From a bacterium (lineage in GTDB: Bacteria > Gemmatimonadota > Glassbacteria > GWA2-58-10): DNA of 64,000 bases. The DNA lies in contig JAJFUG010000180.1 of assembly GCA_021372515.1 (NCBI GenBank), positions 64,240 to 128,239 of the forward strand, written 5' to 3'. Below are positions 1-10,020 of this stretch, piece after piece (the first letter of the stretch is position 1; the number at the start of each line of letters is the position of its first letter). The translations under genes were made by a program, and so were the position numbers. Under the pieces are notes generated by a model, which worked only from the letters and a program-made list of their open reading frames with translations, had not been told where the DNA came from and ran no database searches.

Positions 1-1
1 G

Positions 2-178
2 GCGCTGGTGGGCCAGATCCTGGGGCGCTCTACGGCCCAGGTTCTGCGTGAGCTGGACAGCGCCGGGCTCGTCCGCCTGCGCGACAGCCGCGTGCGGGCC
101 ACGCGCGAGGGGCTCCTGGTGCTGGACTCCCTGGTGGACCGGATTCTGGCCCGCGGGGAGTTTCCGCTTGACAAATAG
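2..178 (+). CDS. hemW: HemW/HemN-like radical-SAM protein, C-terminal fragment (5' end outside window)
   Basis: Frame-2 translation ALVGQILGRSTAQVLRELDSAGLVRLRDSRVRATREGLLVLDSLVDRILARGEFPLDK* resembles the HemW C-terminal domain. Position immediately upstream of hrcA matches the hemN-hrcA arrangement in Firmicutes. Confidence 0.45.
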   Translation, partial: ALVGQILGRSTAQVLRELDSAGLVRLRDSRVRATREGLLVLDSLVDRILARGEFPLDK

Positions 179-241
179 GGGGCGGATTGCAAAAATTATG
201 GCATATCAGGGGGGCTTTAACTCGAATAAAAAAAGGCCGTT

Positions 242-1294
242 ATGACTTACGAGAACCAAAAGGCGCAGCGCGATGACCTCACTGAGCGCGAGGCGGTGAT
301 CCTCGAGCAGGTGATCGGCGACTACATCGCCACGGCTGCCCCGGTGGGCTCGCGTCACTTGTCGCGCAGCGGCGACAGCGGCCTGAGCGCGGCCACGATC
401 CGCAACACGATGAGCGACCTGGAGGAGAAAGGTTTCCTCTGGCAGCCGCACCCGAGCGCGGGACGGGTCCCCACGGACAAGGCCTACCGCTTTTTCGTGG
501 ACACCCTGGCCCGTCGGCACAAGGTCCTGCCCAAGGGCCTGGAACGGATGCTCCAGCCGCTCTCGGGCGACCCGGCCCTGGAGCGGGTGGTCCAGCGCGC
601 GGCCCAGGCGCTAAGCGTGCTGACCTGTGAGCTGGGCGTGGGGATCGCCCCGCTGGTGGATGAGGGCGTGCTGGAGAACGTTGACCTGATCCGGGTGGGG
701 GCGGAGCGTCTGATGCTGATCCTGACCATCCAGCACGGGCTGGTCAAGACCATTTTCGTGGAGATAGACAGCCGGGTGAGCGACCAGCGCCTGAGCGGTC
801 TGTCCGGACGGCTGCGCGAGCGCCTGGCCGGGCTGCCCCTGGGCGAGATTCGCCGCACGGCCCGCGAGCGGCTCAAGGATGCGGTGGAGGATGACGCCGA
901 CCCGCTCAACGTGTTCGTCCAGAGTGCGGACAGCATTTTCGAGCTGGGCGAGGGCGGCGGCGAACTGGTCCTGGGCGGGGCGGCCAAGCTGGCCAGCCAG
1001 CCCGAGTTCAGCGATCAGGTGAACCTGCGCTCGCTGATCGGCCTGACCGAGAGGCGCGACCTTCTGCTCGAAACCATGAAAAAGCGGGCTGGGGCCGAGG
1101 GCCTGCGTATCACCATCGGCGCCGAGAACGAGCTTTCGGAGCTGTCGAATTTCACCCTGATCACCGACACTTACCGTATCGGCCGGATGAAAGGCATAAT
1201 AGGGGTGATCGGTCCGACCCGGATGAGCTACAGCCGGGTGATCTCGGTGGTCGAGTACACCAGCCGTCTGCTCTCCAAGGTGCTGGAAAGCTGA
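242..1294 (+). CDS. hrcA: Heat-inducible transcription repressor HrcA
   Basis: 350-aa ORF whose N-terminus (LTEREAVILEQVIGDYIATAAPVGSRHLSR) is the HrcA winged-helix region. Directly followed by dnaJ. Confidence 0.9.
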   Translation: MTYENQKAQRDDLTEREAVILEQVIGDYIATAAPVGSRHLSRSGDSGLSAATIRNTMSDLEEKGFLWQPHPSAGRVPTDKAYRFFVDTLARRHKVLPKGLERMLQPLSGDPALERVVQRAAQALSVLTCELGVGIAPLVDEGVLENVDLIRVGAERLMLILTIQHGLVKTIFVEIDSRVSDQRLSGLSGRLRERLAGLPLGEIRRTARERLKDAVEDDADPLNVFVQSADSIFELGEGGGELVLGGAAKLASQPEFSDQVNLRSLIGLTERRDLLLETMKKRAGAEGLRITIGAENELSELSNFTLITDTYRIGRMKGIIGVIGPTRMSYSRVISVVEYTSRLLSKVLES

Positions 1295-1340
1295 TTCGAT
1301 GAGGAACGAAGCGTAAGCCTGGAGGAGAAAGAGATTTCCA

Positions 1341-2510
1341 ATGACCAAGCGTGACTACTACGAGGTGCTCGGCGTGGGTAAGGAAGCCACGGCCGAGGAG
1401 ATAAAGAAAGCCTACCGCAAGCTGGCGGTGCAGTTCCACCCGGACAAGAACCCGGGCGACAAGGCGTCGGAGGAGAAGTTCAAGGAGGCCACCGAGGCCT
1501 ACGAGGTGCTGCGCGACCAGGAAAAGCGCGCCCAGTACGACCGGTTCGGGCACGATGGGCAGTTCGCCCGCGCGGGCGGCGGAGCCGGAGGCGGGTTCGG
1601 CGGGTACCAGGATTTCGACCTGAGCGACGCCCTGAACGCGTTCATGCGCGATTTCGGCGGGTTCGGCTTCGGCGACCTGTTCGGAGGGGGAGGTGGCCAG
1701 GGCCGCGGCGGCGGGCGCGGGGCCAACCGCGGCGGCGACCTTCAGGTGCGCCTGCGCCTCGACCTGGAGGAGGTGGCCAGCGGGGTGGAAAAGACACTCA
1801 AGATCAACCTCCAGCAGGCCTGCACCGACTGCGGCGGCAGCGGCTCCAAGAGCGGCCGCACCTCTGTCTGCCCGGCCTGCCAGGGCAGCGGTCAGGTTCG
1901 CAATGTGCAGCGCTCCATTTTCGGGCAGTTTGTCAGTGTGAGCCCCTGCCAGCGCTGCGGCGGCACGGGCCAGGTGGTCCAGGACCAGTGCGACGCCTGC
2001 CACGGCGAGGGCCGTGTGACCCGCGAGCGCAAGATCAAGGTGAAAATTCCGGCCGGGGTGAACAGCGGCAACTACCTCACCTTGCGCGGCCAGGGCAACG
2101 CCGGGCTGCGCGGTGGGCCTCCGGGCGACCTGATCGTGCTGATCGAGGTGGAGGAGCACGAGAGTTTCGAGCGGCACGGGGACGATGTCCTGTACGACCT
2201 GCCCATCTCGTTCAGCCAGGCTGCCCTGGGCGCCGAGGTGGAGATACCAACTCTGGAGGGCAAGGCCCGGCTCAGTATCCCGCACGGGACACAGACCGGC
2301 AAGATACTGCGCATGCGGGGCAAGGGCCTGCCGCACCTGAACGGCTCGGGGCGCGGTGACCAGCTTGTGCGGATCACGGTCTGGACCCCGGGCAGCCTGT
2401 CGGCCAAGGAACGCGAGCTGTTCCAGGAACTGAGCCGGGTCGAGAGCCAGAGCCCGCCCTCGGCTGGGCGCGGATTCTGGAACCGGATGAAAGAGGCGTT
2501 CAGCGGCTGA
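1341..2510 (+). CDS. dnaJ: Molecular chaperone DnaJ
   Basis: J-domain (YYEVLGV...HPDKNP), G/F-rich linker, four CxxCxGxG zinc-finger repeats and a C-terminal domain. RBS ggaggag upstream. Confidence 0.95.
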   Translation: MTKRDYYEVLGVGKEATAEEIKKAYRKLAVQFHPDKNPGDKASEEKFKEATEAYEVLRDQEKRAQYDRFGHDGQFARAGGGAGGGFGGYQDFDLSDALNAFMRDFGGFGFGDLFGGGGGQGRGGGRGANRGGDLQVRLRLDLEEVASGVEKTLKINLQQACTDCGGSGSKSGRTSVCPACQGSGQVRNVQRSIFGQFVSVSPCQRCGGTGQVVQDQCDACHGEGRVTRERKIKVKIPAGVNSGNYLTLRGQGNAGLRGGPPGDLIVLIEVEEHESFERHGDDVLYDLPISFSQAALGAEVEIPTLEGKARLSIPHGTQTGKILRMRGKGLPHLNGSGRGDQLVRITVWTPGSLSAKERELFQELSRVESQSPPSAGRGFWNRMKEAFSG

Positions 2511-2535
2511 GACATGCCGAGGGAGGCGGGACAGC

Positions 2536-3318
2536 GTGCGCGCCAGGAAATCCGGTGAGGATGAGCAGTTCGAGGAGCTGACAACCACGGCCCTGTACGT
2601 GCCGGCGGAGAATATCAGTGACGGCTGGCTGGAGTTCCCGGACGAGGAATTGCACCATCTGACCCACGTGCTGCGCCAGGGAGCGGGCAGCCGGGTCCAG
2701 GTGCTGGACGGCTGCGGTGGGGTTTGGTCCGTGCTCGTGGAGCGCCGCGAGGGCCGTCTGGCCGGACGGGTGCTGGAGCACGAGCAGGCCACCGCGCCCG
2801 TACCGGCGATAAGCGTGGCCCTGGCCCCCGGACGCAAGGAACGTCTGCGCTGGGCCGTGGAGAAGCTGGCTGAGCTGGGGGCGGCGCGGATAATCCCGCT
2901 TCTCAGCGCTCAGGTCTCGTTCCCCGGCGACCCCGGCCGTCTGCCCGAGCGCCTTCAGCCGGTCTGCGTGGCCGCGCTCAAGCAGTCGCGGCAGCCGTTC
3001 CTGACCCGGGTCGAGCCGCCGCTGGGTTTCGCAGATTTTATGAAAACATGCACTGCAGCAGAGGTGCAGGCGGTATTCTGCCATAAAAAAACTCAAACCC
3101 GCGCCCCGATAGGCCGAAATAGATTAGGGGGAGCGCGTGAGTTGGTTCTGGTGGTGGGGCCGGAGGGTGGCTTCGACAGCGCCGAGAGCGGGTCGATCCT
3201 GTCCAGCGGCTTGCCCTGCCTGGATTTGGGTCTGTCCACATTGCGTTTCGAGACCGCGGCGCTGGCCGGATTCGTTCTGCTGCGGCAGATGTTGCGTGGC
3301 GATCAGGGGTTGTACTGA
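2536..3318 (+). CDS. rsmE: 16S rRNA (uracil1498-N3)-methyltransferase RsmE
   Basis: RsmE-like PUA and SPOUT regions (ISVALAPGRKERLRWAVEKLAELGAARIIPL). Position after dnaJ matches B. subtilis dnaJ-prmA-rsmE synteny. GTG start uncertain. Confidence 0.75.
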   Translation: MRARKSGEDEQFEELTTTALYVPAENISDGWLEFPDEELHHLTHVLRQGAGSRVQVLDGCGGVWSVLVERREGRLAGRVLEHEQATAPVPAISVALAPGRKERLRWAVEKLAELGAARIIPLLSAQVSFPGDPGRLPERLQPVCVAALKQSRQPFLTRVEPPLGFADFMKTCTAAEVQAVFCHKKTQTRAPIGRNRLGGARELVLVVGPEGGFDSAESGSILSSGLPCLDLGLSTLRFETAALAGFVLLRQMLRGDQGLY

Positions 3319-3444
3319 AAGCCGCACCGTTATATGTTTGAATTGAATGTTAGGCCCATACAACAGTTAAACCCTGAACCAGATCGGTCCGGGAAAGCGC
3401 CGGGCCGCCGCCGGGGCGGCTGAAACCGGTTGAGGAGTTCGACC

Positions 3445-4710
3445 ATGCAGGAGAGGGACATCAATGGCATTCTGCAAAAAGTCGAGGAGCTGAAATCAGT
3501 TTTCTCGTTCGGGGTCAGGTTCCTGCCGTTCCTGGAGGACCTGCTTGTGTTCGTCCAGGAAATGGCCCCCATGCTGAACGAGATGAACCAGTCCATCCAG
3601 GACAGCTCCAGTAAGATGCCCAAAGCCGTTCAGCAGCTCGATAAGGTGACAAGCGCCACGGAGCTGGCCACGAACGAGATTTTGGACAAGGTCGATTCCA
3701 TGCTCGGCCGTCTGGACCAGGTGACCACCAATTTCAATGTTGTACGCGAACGCCTGTCCGCCGAACAAACCGCGCTTAGCGGGATCGCCGGGGCGATCGA
3801 GGAGCTTCTGGAGCTGCCCGGGGTGCGCGAGGGCCTCAACCGGGTGTTCGAGGACGAGAAAGCGCGCCAGAAGGGCGTCGAGATCAAGAAGATCGTCGAT
3901 GAGTTCCTGTCCGGCAAGATCGGCGAGGATGTGCCGCAGTCAGTCGAGAACCTGCTGCAGGACACACAGACCGACGCCTACGACATAATGAACGCCCTGC
4001 AGGTGCAGGATATCACCGCCCAGCAGATCGAGGGCGCCCACGGCCTGCTGCGTTCGGTCCAGGAACGGCTGAACATGCTCATCACCAAGTACTCGGAGGC
4101 CGAGCCGCCGGCGATTTTCCGCGAGGCCAAGGCCCATGACATCAACGCCATCTTCGACATGGACGATGACCGTCAGAAGGCCGTGGACGAGGTGCTCGGC
4201 CAGAGCCCGGAAAACCTTCTGGCCGAGAGTGAACCCGCCCCGGCCGAGGCGTCGGATGAAAGCGATCTGCCCGCCTCCAGCGCTTTCGATGAAAGCCTGC
4301 CTGAGGCGGTCGAGGCCGAAGCCGAGGCCGAGGTAGCGGGTGAGGAGCCGAACCAGGCCGAGATCGACGAGTTGCTGAGCTGGGGCGATGGCGGCGCCAA
4401 CGCCGCGCTGCCCGGTGAGGAAACGGCCGCGCTGGATGAGCAGGCCGCCGATGAAATGTCCGCGGAGGACCTGCTGGCCGGGGCCGACTTGACGGCCGTG
4501 GAGCCGGAGCAGGTCGAGGAACCGCTGCTGGAGGAGGTCATCCCGGCCGATTCCGGCAACGGGAAGCTTGAAGAAGTGGTCGTGGAGGAGCCGGAGGTTC
4601 CCAAAGCGAAAAAGGGACAGGGAAAAAATGAAAAGCCGGCCAAGGAGAAGGAAGACGGCGCGGCAAGCATAAAAATCTCCCAGGAAGAGATCGACAAGCT
4701 GTTTTCGTAG
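3445..4710 (+). CDS. CheZ-like CheY-P phosphatase homolog with a long acidic C-terminal tail
   Basis: [35 protein letters not shown] aligns with the E. coli CheZ active-site segment [28 protein letters not shown], conserving D and Q at +4. The C-terminus [10 protein letters not shown] and an internal copy [11 protein letters not shown] resemble the CheZ CheY-binding peptide DQVDDLLDSLGF. ATG at 3445 with a gagga RBS; the track ORF starts at a TTG at 3430. Confidence 0.7.
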   Translation: MQERDINGILQKVEELKSVFSFGVRFLPFLEDLLVFVQEMAPMLNEMNQSIQDSSSKMPKAVQQLDKVTSATELATNEILDKVDSMLGRLDQVTTNFNVVRERLSAEQTALSGIAGAIEELLELPGVREGLNRVFEDEKARQKGVEIKKIVDEFLSGKIGEDVPQSVENLLQDTQTDAYDIMNALQVQDITAQQIEGAHGLLRSVQERLNMLITKYSEAEPPAIFREAKAHDINAIFDMDDDRQKAVDEVLGQSPENLLAESEPAPAEASDESDLPASSAFDESLPEAVEAEAEAEVAGEEPNQAEIDELLSWGDGGANAALPGEETAALDEQAADEMSAEDLLAGADLTAVEPEQVEEPLLEEVIPADSGNGKLEEVVVEEPEVPKAKKGQGKNEKPAKEKEDGAASIKISQEEIDKLFS

Positions 4711-4743
4711 TGGACCCGGTGCCGAAAACAAATGTTTCTGCTC

Positions 4744-4772
4744 TTGACTTTATTAGCAACGCCAATTATTTT
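4744..4772 (+). promoter_or_regulatory. Putative sigma70-type promoter for rpsU (TTGACT-17-TATTTT)
   Basis: TTGACT at 4744-4749, a 17-nt spacer and TATTTT at 4767-4772, about 50 nt upstream of the rpsU start. Confidence 0.35.
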
Positions 4773-4823
4773 TTATTTTCACCGGGGTCAACTAACCGCA
4801 AACTCTTCCAGGGAGGTACCTGC

Positions 4824-5015
4824 GTGCCGGAAGTATATATCGATGAAGGCGAGTCCTTTGAAAAGGCCTTGAAAAAATTCAAGAAGAAATGCGAAAAGGC
4901 CGGAATCCTCTCCGATTTGCGCAAGCACCGTCATTTTGAGAAACCCAGCGAGAAGCGTAAGCGCAAGATGAACGCCGCCAAGAGGAAACTCAAGAAGGAG
5001 GCGCGTCACCGTTAG
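4824..5015 (+). CDS. rpsU: 30S ribosomal protein S21
   Basis: [63 protein letters not shown] has the S21 signature. GTG start at 4824 with a gggagg RBS 7 nt upstream. The track ORF from 4710 is an upstream in-frame extension. Confidence 0.85.
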   Translation: MPEVYIDEGESFEKALKKFKKKCEKAGILSDLRKHRHFEKPSEKRKRKMNAAKRKLKKEARHR

Positions 5016-5127
5016 TCCCCTTCAGCGCGGGAGTCGGGAAATGGCCTGCGAAAAAATACTGAACAGGGTTCGCCTGCTTAAGTGAGCCTTCGACGCCTGG
5101 CACGGTCGGAGGCTCTTTCATTTTAGT

Positions 5128-5150
5128 GGCGCCCGGCGGCGCTTTTTTTA
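5128..5150 (+). terminator. Intrinsic terminator after rpsU
   Basis: GC hairpin gcgcc-cggc-ggcgc (5129-5142) followed by a 7-T run (5143-5149). Confidence 0.5.
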
Positions 5151-5226
5151 TTTTTACCGTCAGGGCGACGGCAGCTCCTGGTGAAACAAACGGCTGCGAG
5201 AGAATGAACTCAGACCGGAAGACTAT

Positions 5227-7692
5227 ATGCTCAGCCAACAGACCCGCGACATCCTTGAATATGACCGTCTCCTGGCCCTGGTGGCCGGCTACGCGGTGAG
5301 TCAGGACGGGGCGGCGCACGTGCGCGCCCTGGCTCCGCTGGACGACCCGGAGGCGATCGGGCGGCACTATGACTGCCTGGACGAGATGCGCTCGATCACG
5401 GGCGAGGGCCACAATTTCCGGCCCTCCGCGGCGCCGGTGCTGGCCGGGCCCCTGGCCCGGCTGACCAAGGCCGGGGTGATCCTGGAGGGGGCCGAGATCG
5501 TGGCGGTGGGACGGATGCTGGAGGCGGCCGGGGACGAGCGCGGCTACATCCTGCGGCGCGAGGACTCGCTGCCAAGGCTGAGCGCGCTGGCCGGGGCTCT
5601 GGACAGCCAGGAGGAGATACGGCGCGAGATCGAGCGCACGTTCGACGAGAACGCCGAGGTGGTGAGCAACGCCTCGCCGCTTCTGAGCAAGCTGCGCCAG
5701 GATGCCCGTCACGTACGCGAGCGGATCGAGAAGCAGCTCGAGCAGATCTCGGGCCGTCTGACCGAGGCCGGCTCCACGGGCGACAATTTCGTCACCCTGC
5801 GCCAGGAGCGCTATGTCCTGGCTGTCCGCCGCGATGAGATGCACTCCTGCCCGGGGATAATCCAGGGCGAGAGCGGCAGCGGGGCCACCCTGTTCATCGA
5901 GCCGGAGCAGGTGGTCTACTCGAACAACCGGCTGCGCGAGATCGAGCTGGACATCCAGCGCGAGAAACTGCGTATCCTGGCCGCCCTGAGCGCCCGTCTC
6001 TGCACCTGCCGTCCGCAACTGGCCGACAACGTGCGCGTGCTGGCCGAGCTGGACAGCCTCTACGCCCGGGCCGTGTTCGCCCGCGAGTACGGTTGCACGC
6101 GGCCGGGCCTGACCCGTGGCGGGGCTTTCGTGCTGCGGCGCGCGCGTCACCCGCTCCTGCTGGAGCGCCACCTGAAAGAGGCCGATTCCCCGGCCGCTGC
6201 CGCAGCCGCCGCCGAGGCGGTGGTGCCGCTGGACATCGAGCTGGCCGCGGGCGAGCGCACGTTGCTCGTGTCCGGTCCCAACGCCGGCGGCAAGACAGTC
6301 CTTCTGAAGACCGCCGGGATCGTGGTCCTGACCGCCCAGAGCGGGATTTTCCCTCCCCTGGGCGAGGGCAGCTCGCTGCCGGTGTTCGCCGGGGTGTTCG
6401 CCGCCATCGGGGATGAGCAGTCACTGGACCGCGACCTTTCGACTTTCTCCAGCCACGTGCTCGACCTGGTCACTGCCATCGACTCGGGCAACCCGGACAG
6501 CCTGATACTGCTGGATGAGATCGGCGTGGGCACCGACCCGGCCGAGGGCGCGGCCCTGGCCGCCAGCGTGCTGGAGCACCTGACCCGCCGCGGCTGCCTG
6601 ACCCTGAGCACCACGCATTTCGGCGAGCTGAAGCTCCTGTACGAGCGAATCCCCGGGCTGGTCAACGGCTCGCTGGAGTTCGACCCGGAGCGGATGCAGC
6701 CCACGTTCCATTTCCGGAAAGGGCTGCCCGGCCAGAGCTACGGCCTGGCGATCGCCCGCAACATGGGGATGAGCCCCCTGGTGCTGGAGCGCGCCGCCAC
6801 CTACCTGACCGGTGGGGCGATCAACATCAACGAGTACCTGGCCCGTCTGGAGGCCCAGCAGAAAAAGCTGGAGGCCGCCACGGTGGAGGCCGAGTCACTC
6901 CAGGCCCGGCTCCAGATCGAGAGTGAGGCCCTGCGGCGCGAGCGCCAGGAGTCGCGCGAGCGCCTGGTTGAGTTGGCCCGCCGGGAGAGGGACTTCCAGA
7001 AGGAGATGGCACGCCGCGAGCGCGAGCACATGCTGCAGGCGCGCCGCAGCGTGGAGGAGGTGATCGCCCGGCTGGAGAGCCAGTGGCGCGAGGGCCAGGC
7101 CGAACAGGCCGCCCGTGTCGCCCGGCGCAGCATGGAGGAGCGGATCGCCGAGCTGCGCGCCGCGGCCGAGGCCGACACCGGGGCCGGTCAGTCCGGCCTG
7201 GGGGAGGAGGGTGAGCCGGGAGGAGCGTTCGAGGCAGGGGACCGGGTGCGCGTGGTCGGGCTGGGCCTGGAGGGCGAGATAGCCGAGGGCCCGGACAACA
7301 CGGGCCGCTACACGGTGATCGCCGGGCGGGCCAAAATGAGCCTGCGCGCCGATGAGATGCTGCGCTCATCCAACCGGGCCGCCCGCAAGCGTCACACCGC
7401 CGGGGCCGGCTTCAGCGCGCCGGAGCCCGAGGCCGACTCCGCCGAGCCGGGCCGGCTGGACCTGCGCGGCCTGCGGGTGGATGAGATCGACCAGGAGCTG
7501 GACCGTTTCCTGGCCCGGGCGCGCGGGGCTGGCCTGGGCAGCGTGGTGATCGTGCACGGCAAGGGCACCGGGGCGCTGCGCAGCCGGGTGAACGAGCTGC
7601 TTTCCCGTGACCGGCGCGTGGCGGCGTTCCGCCTGGGGGCCTGGAACGAGGGCGGCTCCGGGGCTACTGTGGCCACGTTCGTCGCTGAATGA
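5227..7692 (+). CDS. mutS2: Endonuclease MutS2 (MutS domains III-V plus C-terminal Smr domain)
   Basis: 821-aa protein with Walker A GPNAGGKT, a long coiled coil and a C-terminal Smr domain (LDLRGLRVDEIDQELDRFLARA...VIVHGKGTGALR). Confidence 0.9.
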   Translation: MLSQQTRDILEYDRLLALVAGYAVSQDGAAHVRALAPLDDPEAIGRHYDCLDEMRSITGEGHNFRPSAAPVLAGPLARLTKAGVILEGAEIVAVGRMLEAAGDERGYILRREDSLPRLSALAGALDSQEEIRREIERTFDENAEVVSNASPLLSKLRQDARHVRERIEKQLEQISGRLTEAGSTGDNFVTLRQERYVLAVRRDEMHSCPGIIQGESGSGATLFIEPEQVVYSNNRLREIELDIQREKLRILAALSARLCTCRPQLADNVRVLAELDSLYARAVFAREYGCTRPGLTRGGAFVLRRARHPLLLERHLKEADSPAAAAAAAEAVVPLDIELAAGERTLLVSGPNAGGKTVLLKTAGIVVLTAQSGIFPPLGEGSSLPVFAGVFAAIGDEQSLDRDLSTFSSHVLDLVTAIDSGNPDSLILLDEIGVGTDPAEGAALAASVLEHLTRRGCLTLSTTHFGELKLLYERIPGLVNGSLEFDPERMQPTFHFRKGLPGQSYGLAIARNMGMSPLVLERAATYLTGGAININEYLARLEAQQKKLEAATVEAESLQARLQIESEALRRERQESRERLVELARRERDFQKEMARREREHMLQARRSVEEVIARLESQWREGQAEQAARVARRSMEERIAELRAAAEADTGAGQSGLGEEGEPGGAFEAGDRVRVVGLGLEGEIAEGPDNTGRYTVIAGRAKMSLRADEMLRSSNRAARKRHTAGAGFSAPEPEADSAEPGRLDLRGLRVDEIDQELDRFLARARGAGLGSVVIVHGKGTGALRSRVNELLSRDRRVAAFRLGAWNEGGSGATVATFVAE

Positions 7693-7885
7693 GCGGGACT
7701 GGAGATGCCATAGTGGCGCGGCGCGCTGTGCCATGCCCCTGCGAAACCCCGGGACAGGGCTTGCGGCCACGGCATTTTTTGCTCCTTGACGGCCCCCCGG
7801 TTTTGGAAAATGAATCAGAACCATTAATGTAAACACTGATTGCAATTCGGAATTGTCCTGAACGGGCGTATTGGAGGAGGGCCGG

Positions 7886-9703
7886 GTGAGCGGTTTCATA
7901 CCGGATGAGATAATCGACCAGATACGCCTGCAGACCGACATTGCGGAGGTCATCGGCCAGTTCGTCGAGCTGCGCCACCGCGGGCGCAACTGGCTCGGCC
8001 TGTGCCCGTTCCACAGCGAGCGCACGCCCTCGTTCACGGTCACGCCGGACAAGGGCTTTTTCAAATGCTTCGGTTGCGGCAAGGCCGGGGATGTCTACTC
8101 GTTCCTGATGGAGCACCAGAAACTGGATTTCGCCCAGGCGGTGGGGTTCCTGGCCGAGCGGCTGGGAATAACCATCCCGCGGGGGCAGTTCGATCAGAAA
8201 GAGGACGAGCACCGCGGACGGCTGATCTACGCCAACCAGTTCGCGCGGGATTATTTCCGCGGCTGCCTGGCGGAGCCGGCCGAGGGCCGCGCGGCGCGCG
8301 ACTACCTGGCCCAGCGCGGCCTGAGCCCGGAGGTCGTGGAAAGAAACGAGCTGGGTTGGGCCCCGCGCGAGCGGGAGGCCCTGAAAAAAGCCGCCCTGGG
8401 CCACGGTATCGAGGAGGCGACCCTGCGCGAGGCCGGGCTGCTCACCACCCCGGATGAGCAGGGCCAGAGCGTGGACCGTTTCCGCGGCCGGGTGATGTTC
8501 CCGATCCACGACCTCGGCGGGCGGACCATCGCTTTCGGCGGGCGCATCCTGGGGCCGGGCGAGCCGAAATACCTGAACAGCCCCGAGACCCCGCTGTTCC
8601 GCAAGGGCGAGATACTGTTCGGCCTGGACCGCGCCCGCGGGCCGATCCGTCAGGAGGGCTGGGCCGTGGTGGTGGAGGGCTACATGGACCGGATCGCCCT
8701 GGCCACGTACGGCTACGAGACTGCCGTGGCGCCGCTGGGCACCGCGCTCACTCCGGAGCAGGCCGCCCTGCTGTCGCGCTACGCGCGCGAGGTGTTCCTG
8801 CTGTACGACCCGGACACGGCTGGGCTGAAGGCCACGTTCCGCGGCGGGGATGAGCTGTTGGCGGCGGGCCTGGCCGTACGGGTGATCAGCCTGCCCGGGG
8901 CGGAGGACCCGGATGAGTTCCTGCGCGCCCACGGGGCGGCCGAGTTCGAGACCCTCCGGCGCGCGGCGGTGGATTTCCTGGACCGCAAGATCGATATCCT
9001 GCGTCAGAAGATGGACCTGCGCCAGGTGGCCCAGCGCGAGCAGGCCGCGGACAAGCTGCTCGAATCGGTGGCGCGCTGCAAGGACAGTATGGCCCGCACG
9101 CTCTACCTGCGCAAGTGCGTGGAGTTCATCGAGGTGCCGGAAGCCGTGCTGCAGGAGCGGCTCTCCCGCATCGAATCCCGCGCCCGGCGGGTCCCGCAGC
9201 GCACCACCGCGCCGGTCGGGGAGCAGGCCGCTGCGGCGGCAGAGACCCCCACCGGCGGAGTTTCGGGGGCCCTGGATGCCGAGCGCTATGTCCTGGCAAT
9301 CTGCATCCTCCATCCCGACTACATCCCGCAGACCCTGGAGGCCCTGGGCGATCCGCCTTTCGAAAGCTCCCTGTACGCCCAGGCTTTCGACACCCTGTCC
9401 GAGCTGCAGCGCTCGGGAGTGCGTAACCTGATCGAGGCGCTCTACCAGGGCCTGCCATCCGCGCTCTATCCGCTGCTGGCCGAGCTGGCCGCGGACGCAA
9501 CCCGCTACGAGCCGGCCCCCCAGGTGTTCGGCTACTGCTGGCGCAGGATAAAAGTGGGCCGTATACTTAAACATTTGGAAGAGAGTATGCAGAAACTGGC
9601 CGTTGCGGACGACCCGGAGCTGATCCGTGAGCAGGCCTTGCTTCACAAGGAAATGAAAAAACTCGAACGTGAAATGTCCAGTCATTTTGCTATCCAAAAG
9701 TAA
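7886..9703 (+). CDS. dnaG: DNA primase DnaG
   Basis: Zinc ribbon CPFHSERTPSFTVTPDKGFFKCFGCGKAGD, a TOPRIM domain and a C-terminal helicase-binding region. GTG at 7886 with a ggagga RBS (track ORF starts at a TTG at 7871). Confidence 0.9.
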   Translation: MSGFIPDEIIDQIRLQTDIAEVIGQFVELRHRGRNWLGLCPFHSERTPSFTVTPDKGFFKCFGCGKAGDVYSFLMEHQKLDFAQAVGFLAERLGITIPRGQFDQKEDEHRGRLIYANQFARDYFRGCLAEPAEGRAARDYLAQRGLSPEVVERNELGWAPREREALKKAALGHGIEEATLREAGLLTTPDEQGQSVDRFRGRVMFPIHDLGGRTIAFGGRILGPGEPKYLNSPETPLFRKGEILFGLDRARGPIRQEGWAVVVEGYMDRIALATYGYETAVAPLGTALTPEQAALLSRYAREVFLLYDPDTAGLKATFRGGDELLAAGLAVRVISLPGAEDPDEFLRAHGAAEFETLRRAAVDFLDRKIDILRQKMDLRQVAQREQAADKLLESVARCKDSMARTLYLRKCVEFIEVPEAVLQERLSRIESRARRVPQRTTAPVGEQAAAAAETPTGGVSGALDAERYVLAICILHPDYIPQTLEALGDPPFESSLYAQAFDTLSELQRSGVRNLIEALYQGLPSALYPLLAELAADATRYEPAPQVFGYCWRRIKVGRILKHLEESMQKLAVADDPELIREQALLHKEMKKLEREMSSHFAIQK

Positions 9704-9711
9704 AGCATTTG

Positions 9712-9740
9712 TTGACTTCCCACCCGCCGGTGTTTAAATT
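9712..9740 (+). promoter_or_regulatory. Putative promoter (TTGACT-17-TAAATT) in the dnaG-rpoD spacer
   Basis: TTGACT at 9712-9717, 17-nt spacer, TAAATT at 9735-9740. It lies 9 nt after the dnaG stop and about 335 nt before the rpoD start. Confidence 0.4.
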
Positions 9741-9986
9741 CAAACAGTCAAGATACAATCAATCCGCTCTATCTTGGCCGGTAATGAGCAGCAACGCGGT
9801 CTTTTTTTCTCGCAACCGCAGTCGCCGTGGATGGCCGGGATGCCCGCAGGAAGGGTGTTTGCGCGCCATCTGTCCCTGTTTTCGAGGAGACGGGCATGCA
9901 GCTCTGCCACCCAGGCTTGCCGGTTTTTTGTCCAATCGGAACCCGCGAATTCAATATTGATTTATTTATAGAATCTGTTGTTTGGG

Positions 9987-10020
9987 CCACGTTCAGTTTG
10001 CTGGACGTGGTTTTTTGTTT
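9987..10020 (+). terminator. Terminator-like hairpin plus U-tract inside the rpoD leader (attenuator, or 3' end of a small RNA)
   Basis: ccacgttcag-tttg-ctggacgtgg (10-bp stem with one mismatch) followed by ttttttgtttt. It ends about 55 nt upstream of the rpoD ATG. Confidence 0.5.

Noticed and set aside
179-241. Searched for a CIRCE operator (TTAGCACTC-N9-GAGTGCTAA) upstream of hrcA and dnaJ
   Set aside because: No match with two or fewer mismatches per half-site in 1-245 or 1295-1340. It is not reported as a feature.
1161-2837. 558-aa minus-strand ORF spanning hrcA, dnaJ and rsmE
   Set aside because: It is antisense to three conserved genes and has no domain signature. It is an artefact of high GC.
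4990-6171. 393-aa minus-strand ORF overlapping mutS2 (also 5894..6424 and 6147..6704 minus)
   Set aside because: They overlap a well-supported mutS2 frame. Their sequences are Arg/Pro/Gly-rich nonsense. They are GC-driven spurious ORFs.
9747-10020. Considered whether the dnaG-rpoD spacer transcript is 6S RNA (SsrS)
   Set aside because: Could not fold a convincing closing stem plus central bubble by eye. The 5' and 3' ends show only short complementarity. It is left as a generic sRNA/attenuator candidate.
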